A DNA stretch of 64,000 bases from Abditibacteriaceae bacterium (GCA_965277285.1 OZ255721.1:2336001-2400000), one strand, 5' to 3'. Shown: positions 33,735 through 44,651, numbered from the stretch's first letter. A program made the numbers and translations. Notes: generated by a model not told the origin, from the letters alone.

Positions 33735-34487
33735 TTACAAATGGATTCCGCCTGCCACTTCGATGCGCTGGCCGTTGATCCAGCGCATCTCGTCTGACAA
33801 GAGCGAGGCCACCACACCGCCGATGTCGTCGGGCTGCCCGACGCGCCCCAGCGCCGTCTGCCCCGCGATCTGCTGGTTCAATTCTTTGTTGTCGCGCACA
33901 TGACCCCCGCCGAAGTCGGTCTCGATGGCGCCCGGCGCGACCACGTTGACCGCGATGCCGCGCGACCCCAGCTCTTTGGCGAGATAACGCGAAAGCACTT
34001 CGACCGCGCCTTTCATCGACGCATAGGTGCTGGAACCAGGGTAGGAAAAGCGCGCCAAACCCGATGATATGTTGATGATGCGCCCGCCATCCGCCATCAG
34101 CGGCAATAGCTTCTGTGTCAGGAAAAACACGCCTTTGAAGTGAATGTCCACCATCTGGTCGAACTGTTCTTCAGTTGTTTCGGCAAAGGGTGCATAAAAG
34201 CCGACGCCCGCGTTGTTGACCAGAAAGTCGAAGCTGTCGCGTCCCCACGTCGCTTGCAGTGCTTCTTTGACTTGATTTGCGAACGCGTCAAAGGTGCGGC
34301 TTTGCGATACGTCGAGTTGCAGCGCGACGGCTTTACGTCCCATCGCTTCGATTTGCGCCACAACAGCCTGCGCTTCGTCTTCTTTCGAGTGGTAAGTCAA
34401 GATGACATCCCGCTCTCTGGCCGCTAATTGCAGCGCCATGTCCCGGCCCAGCCCGCGACTTCCACCTGTTACAATGGCGATTTTCAT
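33735..34487 (-). CDS. classical SDR
   Basis: TGGSRGLG, NNAG, YASMK, PGAIETDF. Confidence 0.92.
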   Translation of the reverse strand: MKIAIVTGGSRGLGRDMALQLAARERDVILTYHSKEDEAQAVVAQIEAMGRKAVALQLDVSQSRTFDAFANQVKEALQATWGRDSFDFLVNNAGVGFYAPFAETTEEQFDQMVDIHFKGVFFLTQKLLPLMADGGRIINISSGLARFSYPGSSTYASMKGAVEVLSRYLAKELGSRGIAVNVVAPGAIETDFGGGHVRDNKELNQQIAGQTALGRVGQPDDIGGVVASLLSDEMRWINGQRIEVAGGIHL

Positions 34488-34526
34488 GTTTTGTTTCCTC
34501 CATCTCCCCTTGGGGATCGTGTTAGT

Positions 34527-34544
34527 ATACGATACGCATCGTAT
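34527..34544. promoter_or_regulatory. probable TetR operator between divergent genes
   Basis: ATACGAT-ACGC-ATCGTAT inverted repeat; TTGACA on minus strand (34549-34554) and TATAAT on plus strand (34563-34568) nearby. Confidence 0.55.
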
Positions 34545-34608
34545 CTATTGTCAAGAGTCGAGTATAATCTTTGCGGCGCCAAAACGTGTCAGCCTTTGGG
34601 AGGTGAAG

Positions 34609-35208
34609 ATGAGCGAGGTAGAAGACCAAAAGAAGCGTGGTGGAAGGCCGCGCAATCGGGATACGACAGCGGCTATTTTGTCGGCGTCGCTCGACTTAAT
34701 GGAAGAAGTGGGCTTCAAGGCGGTGACGATGGAAGGTATCGCGGTGCGGGCGGGTGTCACGAAAACGACGGTTTACCGCCGTTGGCCAAACGCCTGGGCG
34801 ATTGCCCTGGATGCGTTTCTTCAAGAGATCGCGCCCGTCCTGGAAATCGCGCCACAGGCGACTTTGCGTGCAACGGTAAGCGCAGATATGAAGGCGCTGG
34901 CGGCGGCTTTTCGTGGCCGGCCTGGGCGAGTTTTTGCGCCGCTTCTGGGTGTGGCGCAATTCAACTCCGAACTGCGCGAAGCCTTATGGGATCGCTACAT
35001 CGCGCCCCGCCGCGCTCAGGTACAGGCGGTCTTTCTCACAGCAGAGCAAGCCGATGAAGTGCGCCCGGAATTGGAGGCCGACACGGTGATCGATGCCCTT
35101 TATGGGAGTTTGGTCTACAAGCTTCTGGTACCGCACGGCGCGTTGTCAGACGAGTATGTGGACGCGCTTGTGGCGTGTGTTTTTGAAGGTGTTACGCCCA
35201 AGTCGTAA
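34609..35208 (+). CDS. TetR/AcrR family regulator
   Basis: GGRPR..AIL..GFKAVTMEGIAVRAGVTKTTVYRRW; GGAGGT RBS before 34609. Confidence 0.92.
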   Translation: MSEVEDQKKRGGRPRNRDTTAAILSASLDLMEEVGFKAVTMEGIAVRAGVTKTTVYRRWPNAWAIALDAFLQEIAPVLEIAPQATLRATVSADMKALAAAFRGRPGRVFAPLLGVAQFNSELREALWDRYIAPRRAQVQAVFLTAEQADEVRPELEADTVIDALYGSLVYKLLVPHGALSDEYVDALVACVFEGVTPKS

Positions 35209-35378
35209 CTCTCGTCAAAGAACTGCTGTGACCAAGATAAACTTGATTTCACCACCTGTAAAACAAAGGAGGCTTTTACACTGGCAGAGAGGGAGCGAGG
35301 AATATAATAGAAGTCAGCAAGGTTTCATCAATATCGAGTACTCGATTGCAACAAAGTGTGGTTATCAACCAGTAAGTT

Positions 35379-36112
35379 ATGATGACGAAACATAATTGGA
35401 AAGGCTCCTGGCGGCCCGACGCTTTCATCATGCTGACCAAAAGTCTGCGGACTTCGGGGTTCCTGTGGGCTCTTCCGCCCGAAGATTTAAAAACTTTTTT
35501 ACTGCTTTTGGCATTTATCACTCCAGAGGGCCGTTGCGCAGTCGACGTCCTACCAATGGCCTCAGCGTTACATTTATCGCCGTCGAAAGCGCAAGTTCAG
35601 TTGGAAAGGTTGCGGGCTTTGCGATGGAAGGGACAGCCCGTCGTTCTTTCCCACCATGCCGATAGCGGTCTGGAAATCTTTGGACTCGCGCCTGGTTTTC
35701 TGCCGGTCAACGAAGAGGAAACCAAGCCTAAAGCTCTCGAAGTTTTGAAAACCGTGCCGCGCGACATCGTTATCGAGTACTCGCGGCGTAGATATGGGCG
35801 ACCGCGCGCCGAAGTCGAGCGCCAGATCGCAGAACTTAACAACTGGGACTTGCCGCAGGAAACAGCCGCAACGCTGGAAACCCTTCACTGGAAACCCTTC
35901 AATCGAAGAACCCTGCTCTGGCAAACTCCCAGCGAACCCTCGTGCGAAGGCAATTGCTGCGCGCTGGTCTTTTGTCGGAACAAGCCGACGAACTCCTGGC
36001 TCAGTTCGATCTGGTGCGCATTCAACGTCAATTGATGTGGCTGCCCCAGCGCGCCGTGCGCAATTGCGAAATCGAGCAGATGAAAGCCTGGCAAAAGCAG
36101 TGGGGTTACTAA
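35379..36112 (+). pseudogene. hypothetical protein frameshifted by a 14-bp duplication
   Basis: CTGGAAACCCTTCA twice (35874-35901). Removing one copy gives ...LLSEQADELLAQFDLVRIQRQLMWLP...GY-stop at 36112. Confidence 0.65.
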
Positions 36113-36225
36113 ACGCCAACCAACGGTCCACTCCCTCCTTCAATTCTTTTGCAGTTCGCAAAAAGCCCGCAGCTATGAAACTGCGGGCTTTTTGTTCTGC
36201 CTCCCCGAATTGTCACTGCCGCGTT

Positions 36226-36495
36226 CTAATTATGGGAATGGCTTTGCGGGGCGTTCTCCAACGGCGCCTGTTGAGCGCCCACGTCGCCGTGCCGCACCAG
36301 CTTCATGCCGCAAATCGAGCAATTCGCCGCAGGATCGGTGCTTGTAATCCACGGGTGCATCGGGCACTCATAAAGAGGTTTGCCTTCGGGATCAACGGCC
36401 TTCGAGCCCTCATCACGCCCGCCGAAGAAAAACCACAGCGTGAAGGCGATGAGCACCAGGCCGATAACGACCACGAAAATTTCTGCCGTATCCAT
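36226..36495 (-). CDS. small membrane protein with heavy-metal-binding (YxCPMHP) domain
   Basis: N-terminal TM; YECPMHP...CSICGMKL. Confidence 0.85.
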   Translation of the reverse strand: MDTAEIFVVVIGLVLIAFTLWFFFGGRDEGSKAVDPEGKPLYECPMHPWITSTDPAANCSICGMKLVRHGDVGAQQAPLENAPQSHSHN

Positions 36496-36497
36496 CT

Positions 36498-39137
36498 TTA
36501 GCTCCTTTCGATTTTGAAGCCGCGCAAACGCAGAGCATTGGTGAGGACGCTCACGCTGGATAACGCCATCGCCAGCGACGCCAGAATCGGGCTGAGCAAG
36601 TGGCCGGTCAACGGATACAGCAAACCTGCCGCAATCGGGATTCCCAGCACGTTGTAGAAGAAAGCGAAGAACAAGTTTTGCTTGATGTTGCGCACGGTGG
36701 CTTTGGACAGCGCAATGCTGGAGGCCACGCCGTTCAGGTTGCCGCGCACCAGCGTGATGTCAGCGGCTTCGATGGCCACGTCGGTTCCGCTGCCCATCGC
36801 AATGCCGACATCGGCCTGCGCCAGAGCGGGCGCGTCGTTGAGGCCGTCGCCAACCATCGCTACGATCTTGCCCTCGCTTTGCAAACGCTTGATTTCCGCG
36901 CTTTTGCCATCCGGCAGCACTTCTGCGAGTACTCGATCAACCCCGACCTGGCGCGCAATCGCTTCCGCCGTCGCCTGGTTGTCGCCCGTCATCATCACAA
37001 CTTCCAGTCCCAGCGCGTGCAGTTTCCTAATCGCGTGGCGCGACGATTCCTTGATCGGATCGGCCACAGCAAGGATTGCGGCAAATTTGCCATCAACCGC
37101 TAAGAAGATCGGCGTTTTCGCATCGCGCGCCAGTTCTTGCGCGGCAACTTCATCAATGGATATGGCATCAATGGATATGGCACGGTCGCGCATCAGTTTG
37201 GCGTTGCCAACGAGTACGCGATGTCCGTCGACAGTGGCTTCCAGACCGTGTCCCGCAATGGCGTCGAAGCCTTGCGGCTGCGAAAGTGCCAAGCCTTTTT
37301 CCTGAGCCGACCTGACCATCGCCTCGCCCAAAGGATGCTCGCTGCCACGTTCGGCGGAAGCGGCCAGGCGCAAAACTTCGCCGCTCTCGAAGCCGTTATG
37401 CGGCACAATATCGGTGACTTTTGGCTGGCCTTCGGTGATCGTGCCGGTTTTGTCGAGCACAATTGTGTTCAGTTTGTGCGCCGTTTCCAGCGCCTCGCCG
37501 CCTTTGATGAGAATGCCAGCTTGCGCGCCGCGTCCAGTGCCGACCATGATCGCAGTCGGCGTCGCTAATCCCAGCGCGCACGGACACGCGATAATCAGCA
37601 CGGAAACGAAAGTTAAAAGCGCCATCGCGAGACGCGTGTCGACGGGCGCGGCCACGAACCAGATCATAAAAGTGGCGATGGCGATGCAAATGACAATCGG
37701 CACAAAAATGCCGGAAATGCGGTCGGCCAGCCTTTGAATCGGCGCTTTGGAACCTTGCGCATCAACCACCAATCGCACGATCTGCTGCAAAGCCGTATCA
37801 CTACCGACTTTAGTGGCGCGCAAGCGAAAAGCGCCGGTGCCGTTCAGCGTCGCGCCGAAAACCGTGTCGCCCGCTTTCTTTTCGATAGGCAAAGGTTCGC
37901 CGGTCAGCATGCTTTCGTTGACCGAAGACGAACCGTCCACCACTTCGCCATCGACCGGCACTTTTTCACCGGGACGCACCAGAACGACATCGCCCATTTG
38001 CACTTGCTCAATCGGGATGTCCTGTTCAGTTCCATTTCTTTCCACGCGCGCAGTTTTGGCCTGCAACCCCATCAAGGCACGAATGGCGCTGCCAGTTTGG
38101 GCGCGAGCGCGGGCTTCCAACAAACGTCCCATCAAAATCAAGGTCACAACGATGGCCGCGACTTCATAATAAACACCGACTGGCGCGTTCATGGACGACA
38201 TTGGCGGCATGACGCCCGAGGATCGAGTACTCGATGCGACTGCCGCGACATGAAACCACTGCGGCGCAACAGTCACAGCCAAGCTGTAAAGATAGGCCGA
38301 CAAAGTGCCGATAGAAACGAGCGTATTCATATCGGCGGCGCGGTGTTTGGCCGCCATCCACGCGCCGCTGAAAAACTCGCGTCCCGCCCAGAATAAAACC
38401 GGTGTCGTCAAAACGAGTTCAAGCCAGGTGCGGCCAGAGAAATTGAGCGCCTCTTCCCAACGGGGAACCAGATGTCCCGCCATCGCCAAAAAAGCCACGG
38501 GAATTGTCAGCGCCAACGCGAAGAGAAACTTTTGTTTTTGGGCGCGATATTCCGCAGCGCGCGCTTTGGTTTCGGTGTTGCGGGTTTCTTCCGAGGTGGC
38601 GGCAGTAGAAAGTCCGTCAGCGGGAGGCGATGAGGCAACGATAGCATCGTAACCCGCCTTTTTAATGACATCGCGCAAAGCCACAGGGTTGGTGACCTGG
38701 GAATCATAATGCACTGTCGCGCGCGTGGTAGCGAAATTGACGTTGGCTTCTTCCACGCCGCGCGCGCGACCGAGCGCCTTCTCGATGCGCGTCGCGCACG
38801 CCGCGCAATGCATTCCGAGCAATGGCAAATCGGCGCATTCGCGGGCAAGGCTGCGGGCAGGCTGCGGGTCGGCGGCGAGATTTTCAGATCGGGCGTTCGC
38901 GTCCGGTTTAGAGACGACCGAAGATTCTTCTGCAATGTCGCCTTCATGCGCTGTGTTAGACAACTTGCCCACGAATCGCGCCGCATCGGCATCGAACTTT
39001 TGCAGGCAATCTTTCGAGCAAAAGAAGAGCGTCGCGCCCTGGTAGCTGCGCGTTCCTGCCGCTTCGCTCGGATCAATGGTCATTCCGCAAACCGGATCAA
39101 TGACCCGGGTTGGCGGCGTGTGGATGGAAGTGGTCAT
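36498..39137 (-). CDS. copA: copper-translocating P1B-type ATPase with YHS and HMA domains
   Basis: DPVCGM (YHS), [44 protein letters not shown] and MALSS motifs. Confidence 0.95.
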   Translation of the reverse strand: MTTSIHTPPTRVIDPVCGMTIDPSEAAGTRSYQGATLFFCSKDCLQKFDADAARFVGKLSNTAHEGDIAEESSVVSKPDANARSENLAADPQPARSLARECADLPLLGMHCAACATRIEKALGRARGVEEANVNFATTRATVHYDSQVTNPVALRDVIKKAGYDAIVASSPPADGLSTAATSEETRNTETKARAAEYRAQKQKFLFALALTIPVAFLAMAGHLVPRWEEALNFSGRTWLELVLTTPVLFWAGREFFSGAWMAAKHRAADMNTLVSIGTLSAYLYSLAVTVAPQWFHVAAVASSTRSSGVMPPMSSMNAPVGVYYEVAAIVVTLILMGRLLEARARAQTGSAIRALMGLQAKTARVERNGTEQDIPIEQVQMGDVVLVRPGEKVPVDGEVVDGSSSVNESMLTGEPLPIEKKAGDTVFGATLNGTGAFRLRATKVGSDTALQQIVRLVVDAQGSKAPIQRLADRISGIFVPIVICIAIATFMIWFVAAPVDTRLAMALLTFVSVLIIACPCALGLATPTAIMVGTGRGAQAGILIKGGEALETAHKLNTIVLDKTGTITEGQPKVTDIVPHNGFESGEVLRLAASAERGSEHPLGEAMVRSAQEKGLALSQPQGFDAIAGHGLEATVDGHRVLVGNAKLMRDRAISIDAISIDEVAAQELARDAKTPIFLAVDGKFAAILAVADPIKESSRHAIRKLHALGLEVVMMTGDNQATAEAIARQVGVDRVLAEVLPDGKSAEIKRLQSEGKIVAMVGDGLNDAPALAQADVGIAMGSGTDVAIEAADITLVRGNLNGVASSIALSKATVRNIKQNLFFAFFYNVLGIPIAAGLLYPLTGHLLSPILASLAMALSSVSVLTNALRLRGFKIERS

Positions 39138-39175
39138 ATTCTGCCTTGGTTTACTTTTCAACCCCATGGAATCGA

Positions 39176-39466
39176 TCACTTGAGGAATCGCGCCAGTGCC
39201 GTTTGCACTTCTGCCAGCAACTCTTCCCGCGTCAGGGGTTTGGCGCAATGATGCTGCGCTTCTGTGCCCTGCCCCATGACGCAGGTTTCTAAATGGTTTG
39301 TGAGCATCTCAATTCCTACCGCGTCCAGAGCCGAACGCACTGCGGCGATTTGAGCGAGGACATCCAAGCAATAACGGTCTTCAACGACCATGCGATGAAT
39401 TCCTTCGACTTGCCCGGCGACGCGGTTGAGACGCGACTTTACTTTTTTTCGCGCATCTTCATTCAT
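39176..39466 (-). CDS. csoR: CsoR/RcnR metal-sensing repressor
   Basis: [25 protein letters not shown]. Confidence 0.9.
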   Translation of the reverse strand: MNEDARKKVKSRLNRVAGQVEGIHRMVVEDRYCLDVLAQIAAVRSALDAVGIEMLTNHLETCVMGQGTEAQHHCAKPLTREELLAEVQTALARFLK

Positions 39467-39689
39467 GGGGGTTTATTACGGCGGCTTGATAACCGGCCTC
39501 TGTGACCACTTTCATCAATTGCTGCGGCATGCGGCCGGAATGTTTCACGGTCGCTTGGCACGTTGCCAAATCGACAATGACTTCCTGCGCTCCCGGCAAG
39601 TCTTCAAGCGCCCGCTTTACATGCGCAACACAAGCCCCGCAATTCATGCCGGTAACTTTAAGGTGAGTCGTTTGTAGGGTGCTTTGCAT
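39459..39689 (-). CDS. copZ: heavy-metal chaperone (HMA)
   Basis: GMNCGAC, EAGY; 76 aa. Confidence 0.88.
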   Translation of the reverse strand: MQSTLQTTHLKVTGMNCGACVAHVKRALEDLPGAQEVIVDLATCQATVKHSGRMPQQLMKVVTEAGYQAAVINPHE

Positions 39690-39709
39690 CTTTTCTCCCC
39701 TTATCCTCC

Positions 39710-39758
39710 ATACCCCTCACGGGTATCTATAGAAAGAATATACAGCCGTAGGGTATAT
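39710..39758. promoter_or_regulatory. CsoR-type operators
   Basis: ATACCCCTCACGGGTAT and ATATACAGCCGTAGGGTATAT upstream of copZ; resemble TACC..GGGTA CsoR boxes. Confidence 0.65.
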
Positions 39759-39843
39759 GCGTCAAGGGCGCAGCAAGGCCGAGGGAACAAATTCATCAGT
39801 CTTTGCGAATCTTTCAGTTCGCAGCAACAGAGACAGGAGCTTG

Positions 39844-40129
39844 TTACAAGAAGGGCGCGAGGGCGGTTTTAACTTCCGTCAGAAGTTCTTCTTTGCTCAG
39901 AGGCTTAGCGCATTCGTGCTCGCTGCCTGTGCCATGTCCAACGACACAGCAGCGGATGTGATTGGTCAAAAGTTCAACGCCCAAGCTGTCCAGAGCAGCA
40001 CGCGCAGCAGAGATTTGGTCGAGGATTTCGAGGCAGTAGCGGTCGTCATCCACCATTTTCCGATGCCGTTGAGCTGGCCGGCAATTCGATTGACGCGCGA
40101 TTTGATTTTTTGGTTTGTTCAGCGTTCAT
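39844..40129 (-). pseudogene. second csoR copy, frameshifted
   Basis: DDDRYCLEILDQI...HIRCCV...AKPLSKEELL closely parallels 39176-39466; N-terminus is out of frame. Confidence 0.8.
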
Positions 40130-40300
40130 AACGTTGGCATTCAGATTAACAAAACTGGTCTATTGTATGACGATGTAACGAGAACCGCGAAGTTTCTCTT
40201 TACACTCTAAAGCACTGTTCCGGAATCGTTTCGGTAGAGAAGATTTCCTTCGAGTACTTCAGAAGAACGGCGCCTCGCCCGTTTTTTCTTCATGTACGAA

Positions 40301-40338
40301 AACCGTGCCGCTATCGAGTACTCGATAGCGGCACGGTT
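40301..40338. repeat. perfect 38-bp palindrome centred on TCGAGTACTCGA
   Basis: AACCGTGCCGCTATCGAGTACTCGATAGCGGCACGGTT. Confidence 0.9.
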
Positions 40339-40613
40339 CACCAACGTTCGTTGAGCAGCTTTGGTTTGGCCTTACTCGCTATAGAAGCCTTGGTTAAAAC
40401 GTTCCGACAGGATACAAACGCTTGATCGTGTCCAGGGCATCACCCAATCCTGACAGGTTGTCCTGCGTGTCTTGCAAGTTGTTGACGTCGCCCGCTTTGT
40501 CCAACAGACCAGCCAACTGCTCGACGTTTTTGACTTGTGTGCCCAAAGCCTTCTGCTTGTCCGCTGGTAAGTTGGCGCGATCCGGCGTCAGTTCTTCCTA
40601 TAATGGTTAATAT

Positions 40614-41331
40614 TAGGATGTTTCAAAAGGGGTAAATTATACTTCTGAGTATGCTAAAAATCGTCTATGAAAGCGACCTTTCGGACGTGGAATGGGGCTT
40701 TTTGAAGCCTCTGGTACCGGGGCCAAAACCCGGTGGTCGCCCTCCGTCTTGGAGTCGGCGTTGTAATGCCGCACGCGGTGCGGTTGCGTGACATAATAGT
40801 TGATATGAAATGCAAACTGTTCTTATGGCGCCTGCTTGGTTTGGCGTCACTGCTGCTCGTCACTCTATGTGTTGGTTGCAGAAAGGAACCTATCAAACGT
40901 GACTGGAGCCCTCGTGACTGGAGCTCTGGAACGTCAATGAAGGCCGAGCCATTTGCTGTTCAAATCTATCATAATCCATCGTCACTGAAGGGAGTTTCAA
41001 ATGTTCTCTTGCGGGTCAAGGTCAGTCGCGCAGGCAAACCCGTTTCGAATGCAACAGTTCGGGCTCATATGTGGGGGCTTGACCCGCAAGAGATTAATTT
41101 AACCTCAACCGGCGGCAATACTTATGAGGGTGTTGTTGATTTCAGCGACCCAACTTCCTACTGGTATGGGATGATTTTTGTAAGTGCAAATGGGGAAAGA
41201 GGCTCAACCTACTGCTTTAGGTTCAAGGTCTATTAAAGCTGCAGCAGCCTAATAGCACCACAACAAGGTGCAGCACCCGACCGCTTTCGATTGTTCCCGG
41301 CGATTGCTGTAGAGACTTTTGAAACACCCTC
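40614..41331 (+). mobile_element. IS5-end-bounded non-autonomous unit 1
   Basis: Left end TAGGATGTTTCAAAAG plus transposase stub MLKIVYESDLSDVEW; right end CTTTTGAAACACCCTC. Confidence 0.65.
40805..41236 (+). CDS. predicted lipoprotein (YtkA/FixH-like Ig fold)
   Basis: Lipobox-like LCVGC; GKPVSNATV...GNTYEG..F; CATAAT 7 nt before ATG. Confidence 0.65.
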   Translation: MKCKLFLWRLLGLASLLLVTLCVGCRKEPIKRDWSPRDWSSGTSMKAEPFAVQIYHNPSSLKGVSNVLLRVKVSRAGKPVSNATVRAHMWGLDPQEINLTSTGGNTYEGVVDFSDPTSYWYGMIFVSANGERGSTYCFRFKVY

Positions 41332-41334
41332 TAT

Positions 41335-42463
41335 AAGCATGTTTCAAAAGGGTAAAGATACACTTTTAAGTATGCAAAAAATGCTCTATGAAAGCGTCTC
41401 GCTCGGCGGTTGTTGATCACTCCGCTCCTCATTATTGGGCCGCGAATTTCTGCACAAAGGCTGGGTAACGGTCTCCAACAATCGCGCCGCGCGCGAAGGC
41501 TTTGTCAAGCGCGGCCAATTCGTCCGTGCTGAAGCTGATGTCGAGAATCTGAAGATTCTCGGGTAAGCGCGAGCGTCGCTTCATGCCAACCAGCGGAATA
41601 ATATCGTCGCCACGCGAGAGCAGCCAAGCGACTGCCAGTTGCGCCGACGTATAGCCCTTGTCGTCGGCCATCTCCTTCAGGAACGAGGCCGTTGCGAGAT
41701 TATGTTCGAGATTTTCGCCCAGCAGTCGTGGCGCTACCAAACGCGTATTGCCACCAACCGGCTCATTCGTAACCGCCCCACTCAAAAGTCCATCTGCCAG
41801 CACACGATAAGGAACAACTGCGATGCCCAGTTCCCGCGCCGTTGGCAAAATTTCCGGCTCGATGAAACGAGCCGCCAGAGAGTACTCAATCTCCAGCGCG
41901 CTAACGGGATGGACGCTGTGCGCGCGGCGCAGGTGGTCGGCTCCTACCTCGGAAACGCCCAGATAGCGAACTTTACCTTCCTGGATGAGTTCTGCAATCG
42001 CGCCAATCGTTTCTTCGTAGGGCACGTTGGGATCGGGACGACACGGTTGATAAAGGTCAATCACGTTCACGCCCAGACGTTGGAGTGAATAGGTGGCAAA
42101 ATTCTTAATTGAATTCGGTCGGCCTTCGATGCCAAGAAAGGCTCCCGATGGCGACATCATCATGCCACACTTGACGCTAAGGAAGGCTTGCTCCCTCCGT
42201 CCCTTGATCGCGCGACCGACTACAGATTCATTATGTCCCATGCCGTAAAAATCGGCTGTATTGAGCAAATTGATTCCGGCGTCCAGAGCGGCTTGGATTG
42301 TTGCGATGCTTTCCTCATCATTTCTGGGCTGTTGCATCGACATACCGCCACAGCCGAGACCCAGCGCCGAAACCTGCGGCCCATCTTTGCCAAGATGCTT
42401 CATTCTCATCAATGCCTCCGTGTAGACCCTTTGATTTTACCAAAGCCCTTTTGAAACACCCTC
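41335..42463 (+). mobile_element. IS5-end-bounded non-autonomous unit 2
   Basis: Left end AAGCATGTTTCAAAAG plus stub MQKMLYES; right end CTTTTGAAACACCCTC (42448-42463). Confidence 0.65.
41432..42412 (-). CDS. aldo/keto reductase
   Basis: VSALGLGCGGM, NTADFYG, SLQRLGVNVIDLY, EGKVRYLGVSE, AQLAVAWLL. Confidence 0.93.
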   Translation of the reverse strand: MMRMKHLGKDGPQVSALGLGCGGMSMQQPRNDEESIATIQAALDAGINLLNTADFYGMGHNESVVGRAIKGRREQAFLSVKCGMMMSPSGAFLGIEGRPNSIKNFATYSLQRLGVNVIDLYQPCRPDPNVPYEETIGAIAELIQEGKVRYLGVSEVGADHLRRAHSVHPVSALEIEYSLAARFIEPEILPTARELGIAVVPYRVLADGLLSGAVTNEPVGGNTRLVAPRLLGENLEHNLATASFLKEMADDKGYTSAQLAVAWLLSRGDDIIPLVGMKRRSRLPENLQILDISFSTDELAALDKAFARGAIVGDRYPAFVQKFAAQ

Positions 42464-42603
42464 ATATAGGATCTTTCAAAAGGGTAAAAATACACTCTTT
42501 TGAACATGAAAAACACTCTTAATGACAGCGATTTGACGGACGTAGAATGGCGTCCCGCTTCATGGAAGCGTGATTGCGCGGCGATAGTAACACTATGTCA
42601 GCT

Positions 42604-43479
42604 TCAATTGATAGGCTTCTTCTCGCCTGAAAGTTCTTTGAAGTAGGCGCGCAGGGTGAGTGGTTCGCGGTTCAAAATGGCGCGTAACGTAAGCGCGTTT
42701 CCTAATAGGCCGTGATTGTCATACCACTGAAACATCCGCATCATGGGCGAGGGTTGCCCATCGGGGCCCGAAGCACCCGCAACCTTACTTGGGTCGATGT
42801 CGCCCGCCTCGATGTTCATTCCAAGCACCGCCGCCATCATCGCTGCTACGTCGTGCCGGTTGTGGTTGCCTTCGGCGCAAAGCTCATACGTCCCGTAGTT
42901 CAGCCTGTCCTCGGTCAAAGCAATGGCGGCGACTTCGGCCACGTCGCGGTAGTCAACTCGGCTAAAGCGGGTTTGCGCTGACCAAGGCTCGGCATAAACA
43001 CCTGTTTGCATCACCTTGTCCCAGCCCTCTGCGTAGTTTTGGAAGAACATCGCCGGATGCAACAGAGCATATTCCATCCCGGACTCGATAATCGCCTCTT
43101 CGACTGGCGCCTTGTCCTTATGGTTTACGAGCGCACTGATGACGGGATGAATGACCGACGAAAACACGAAGCGGCGCACACCCACTTTTTTTGCCGCATC
43201 AACCATGGACTGACCGACCTCAGCCTCACCGGGCAGAAAAGCGGGCGCGATGTAAAAAACCGCATCCACGTCTTTGAGCGCCGCGTCCAAACTCGCTCGG
43301 TCGCTCAGGTCACCGACAGCGACTTCCGAGGCACCGTGTTTACGCACTTCCTCGCCCTGCTTTGCATCTCGAATCAGGCCGCGAACGTTCGCGCCGCGTT
43401 TGGCAAGTTCGGGCACAACAAGACCGGCGAATTTGCCTGCGGCACCAACAGCGAGAATTGTAGAATTTGTGGTGGGCAT
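42604..43479 (-). CDS. NmrA-like NAD(P)H-binding protein
   Basis: LAVGAAGKFAG, RRFVFSSV, VDYRDVAE; start at MPTTN (43479). Confidence 0.88.
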   Translation of the reverse strand: MPTTNSTILAVGAAGKFAGLVVPELAKRGANVRGLIRDAKQGEEVRKHGASEVAVGDLSDRASLDAALKDVDAVFYIAPAFLPGEAEVGQSMVDAAKKVGVRRFVFSSVIHPVISALVNHKDKAPVEEAIIESGMEYALLHPAMFFQNYAEGWDKVMQTGVYAEPWSAQTRFSRVDYRDVAEVAAIALTEDRLNYGTYELCAEGNHNRHDVAAMMAAVLGMNIEAGDIDPSKVAGASGPDGQPSPMMRMFQWYDNHGLLGNALTLRAILNREPLTLRAYFKELSGEKKPIN

Positions 43480-43554
43480 CAGTTCTATCCTTTGACTTTC
43501 AGATGTTGTCGAGCAATAGCTGAGCCGTCCGAGGGAATTGAAACACTCTAACAG

Positions 43555-43837
43555 GCAGCACAACCTATTGATGGCCTGGAACGCAGGAGGAGTTATGGAT
43601 TTACCAATCGGAGCCGCTCCTGATAATTACACCCGCACCACGTCACCTCCATCCTATCTCTGGTACACCATCGGGCGTTCCGAGCACTATGCGGCTGTTG
43701 CACGTCATCTGGGCACGATGAACGTGTTGTTCTGTGATGGCCATGTCAAAACTGTTCGATTTGAGAACATATTTGCTACCATAACCATGGCAAACGGTGA
43801 CAAAATCATGACCAATTACACGAACGAAGACGACTAA
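43555..43837 (+). pseudogene. C-terminal fragment of an H-X9-DG prepilin-type protein
   Basis: ARHLGTMNVLFCDGHVK without the N-terminal GFTLIE motif. Confidence 0.7.
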
Positions 43838-44208
43838 AACCGTGAATTCAGCTTGAGCAGCGGGTGAATTCAAACGTTGTGCTGAGACTTTGCCTTATTT
43901 TCCATATGTTGCTCTTTCGCGCACCACACGAAAAGAGAAGGCTTCCTCTAACAAACAAAACCGCGCCTGAATCGAGTACTCGATGGGCGCTGTTTTGCGC
44001 GTGAAGTTGAGACGATCCGGCGTTGGTTCTTTGTATAGCTTGCATTCTCTTCGGGATCGCTGTAACTCTCATCGAGTACTTGGCAGAGATGCAAGCGCAG
44101 ATTGTAAGCGGTCGGGTGCTGTGCTGATTAGATCGGCTGTGATTTCGTCCATTTCAGCATAGCCGAAGCTAACCTCACAAGGGCCGCTCACAAGGGCCGG
44201 ACAACATT

Positions 44209-44637
44209 TCAGCCATTTCTAAAAGCGGCGGCAAATTCCTCTACAAAATCTTCTATCTTTACCTTTCCCATCACGGTCGGCTTGTGTTGAAGATAACCCT
44301 CGCGCATGATGCCGCTGTGAATGGCGGCATTCAACTCGACAATGCCGTCGATAAGTTGCGCTGGAATGCCGTGCTGCTGCGCGTTGTCTCGCATTTGCTC
44401 ATCGGTTAAGAGTTCCCACTTCAAGTCCGGCTTGCCGATGGCAGCGCCTAAAACGCGAGCGACTTCGTCGGCTGTGCGCTCGTCGCTTGCCACGTAGCGC
44501 ACGTTCTTCCCGGTCGCCGGTGTTTGTAATTCTTCCGCAGCGGCGGCGGCAATATCTTTCGGGTCAACCATGACAAGCACGTCGCTACCGCCATAGTTTG
44601 CAGCGATAAAGCCCGCGTTCTTTATCATCTCGGTCAT
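44209..44637 (-). pseudogene. NmrA-like protein, N-terminally truncated
   Basis: MVDPKDIAAAAAEEL, YVASDERT, LGAAIGKPDLKW; Rossmann GxxG region is missing. Confidence 0.7.
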
Positions 44638-44651
44638 AAGGTGAACAAGCT

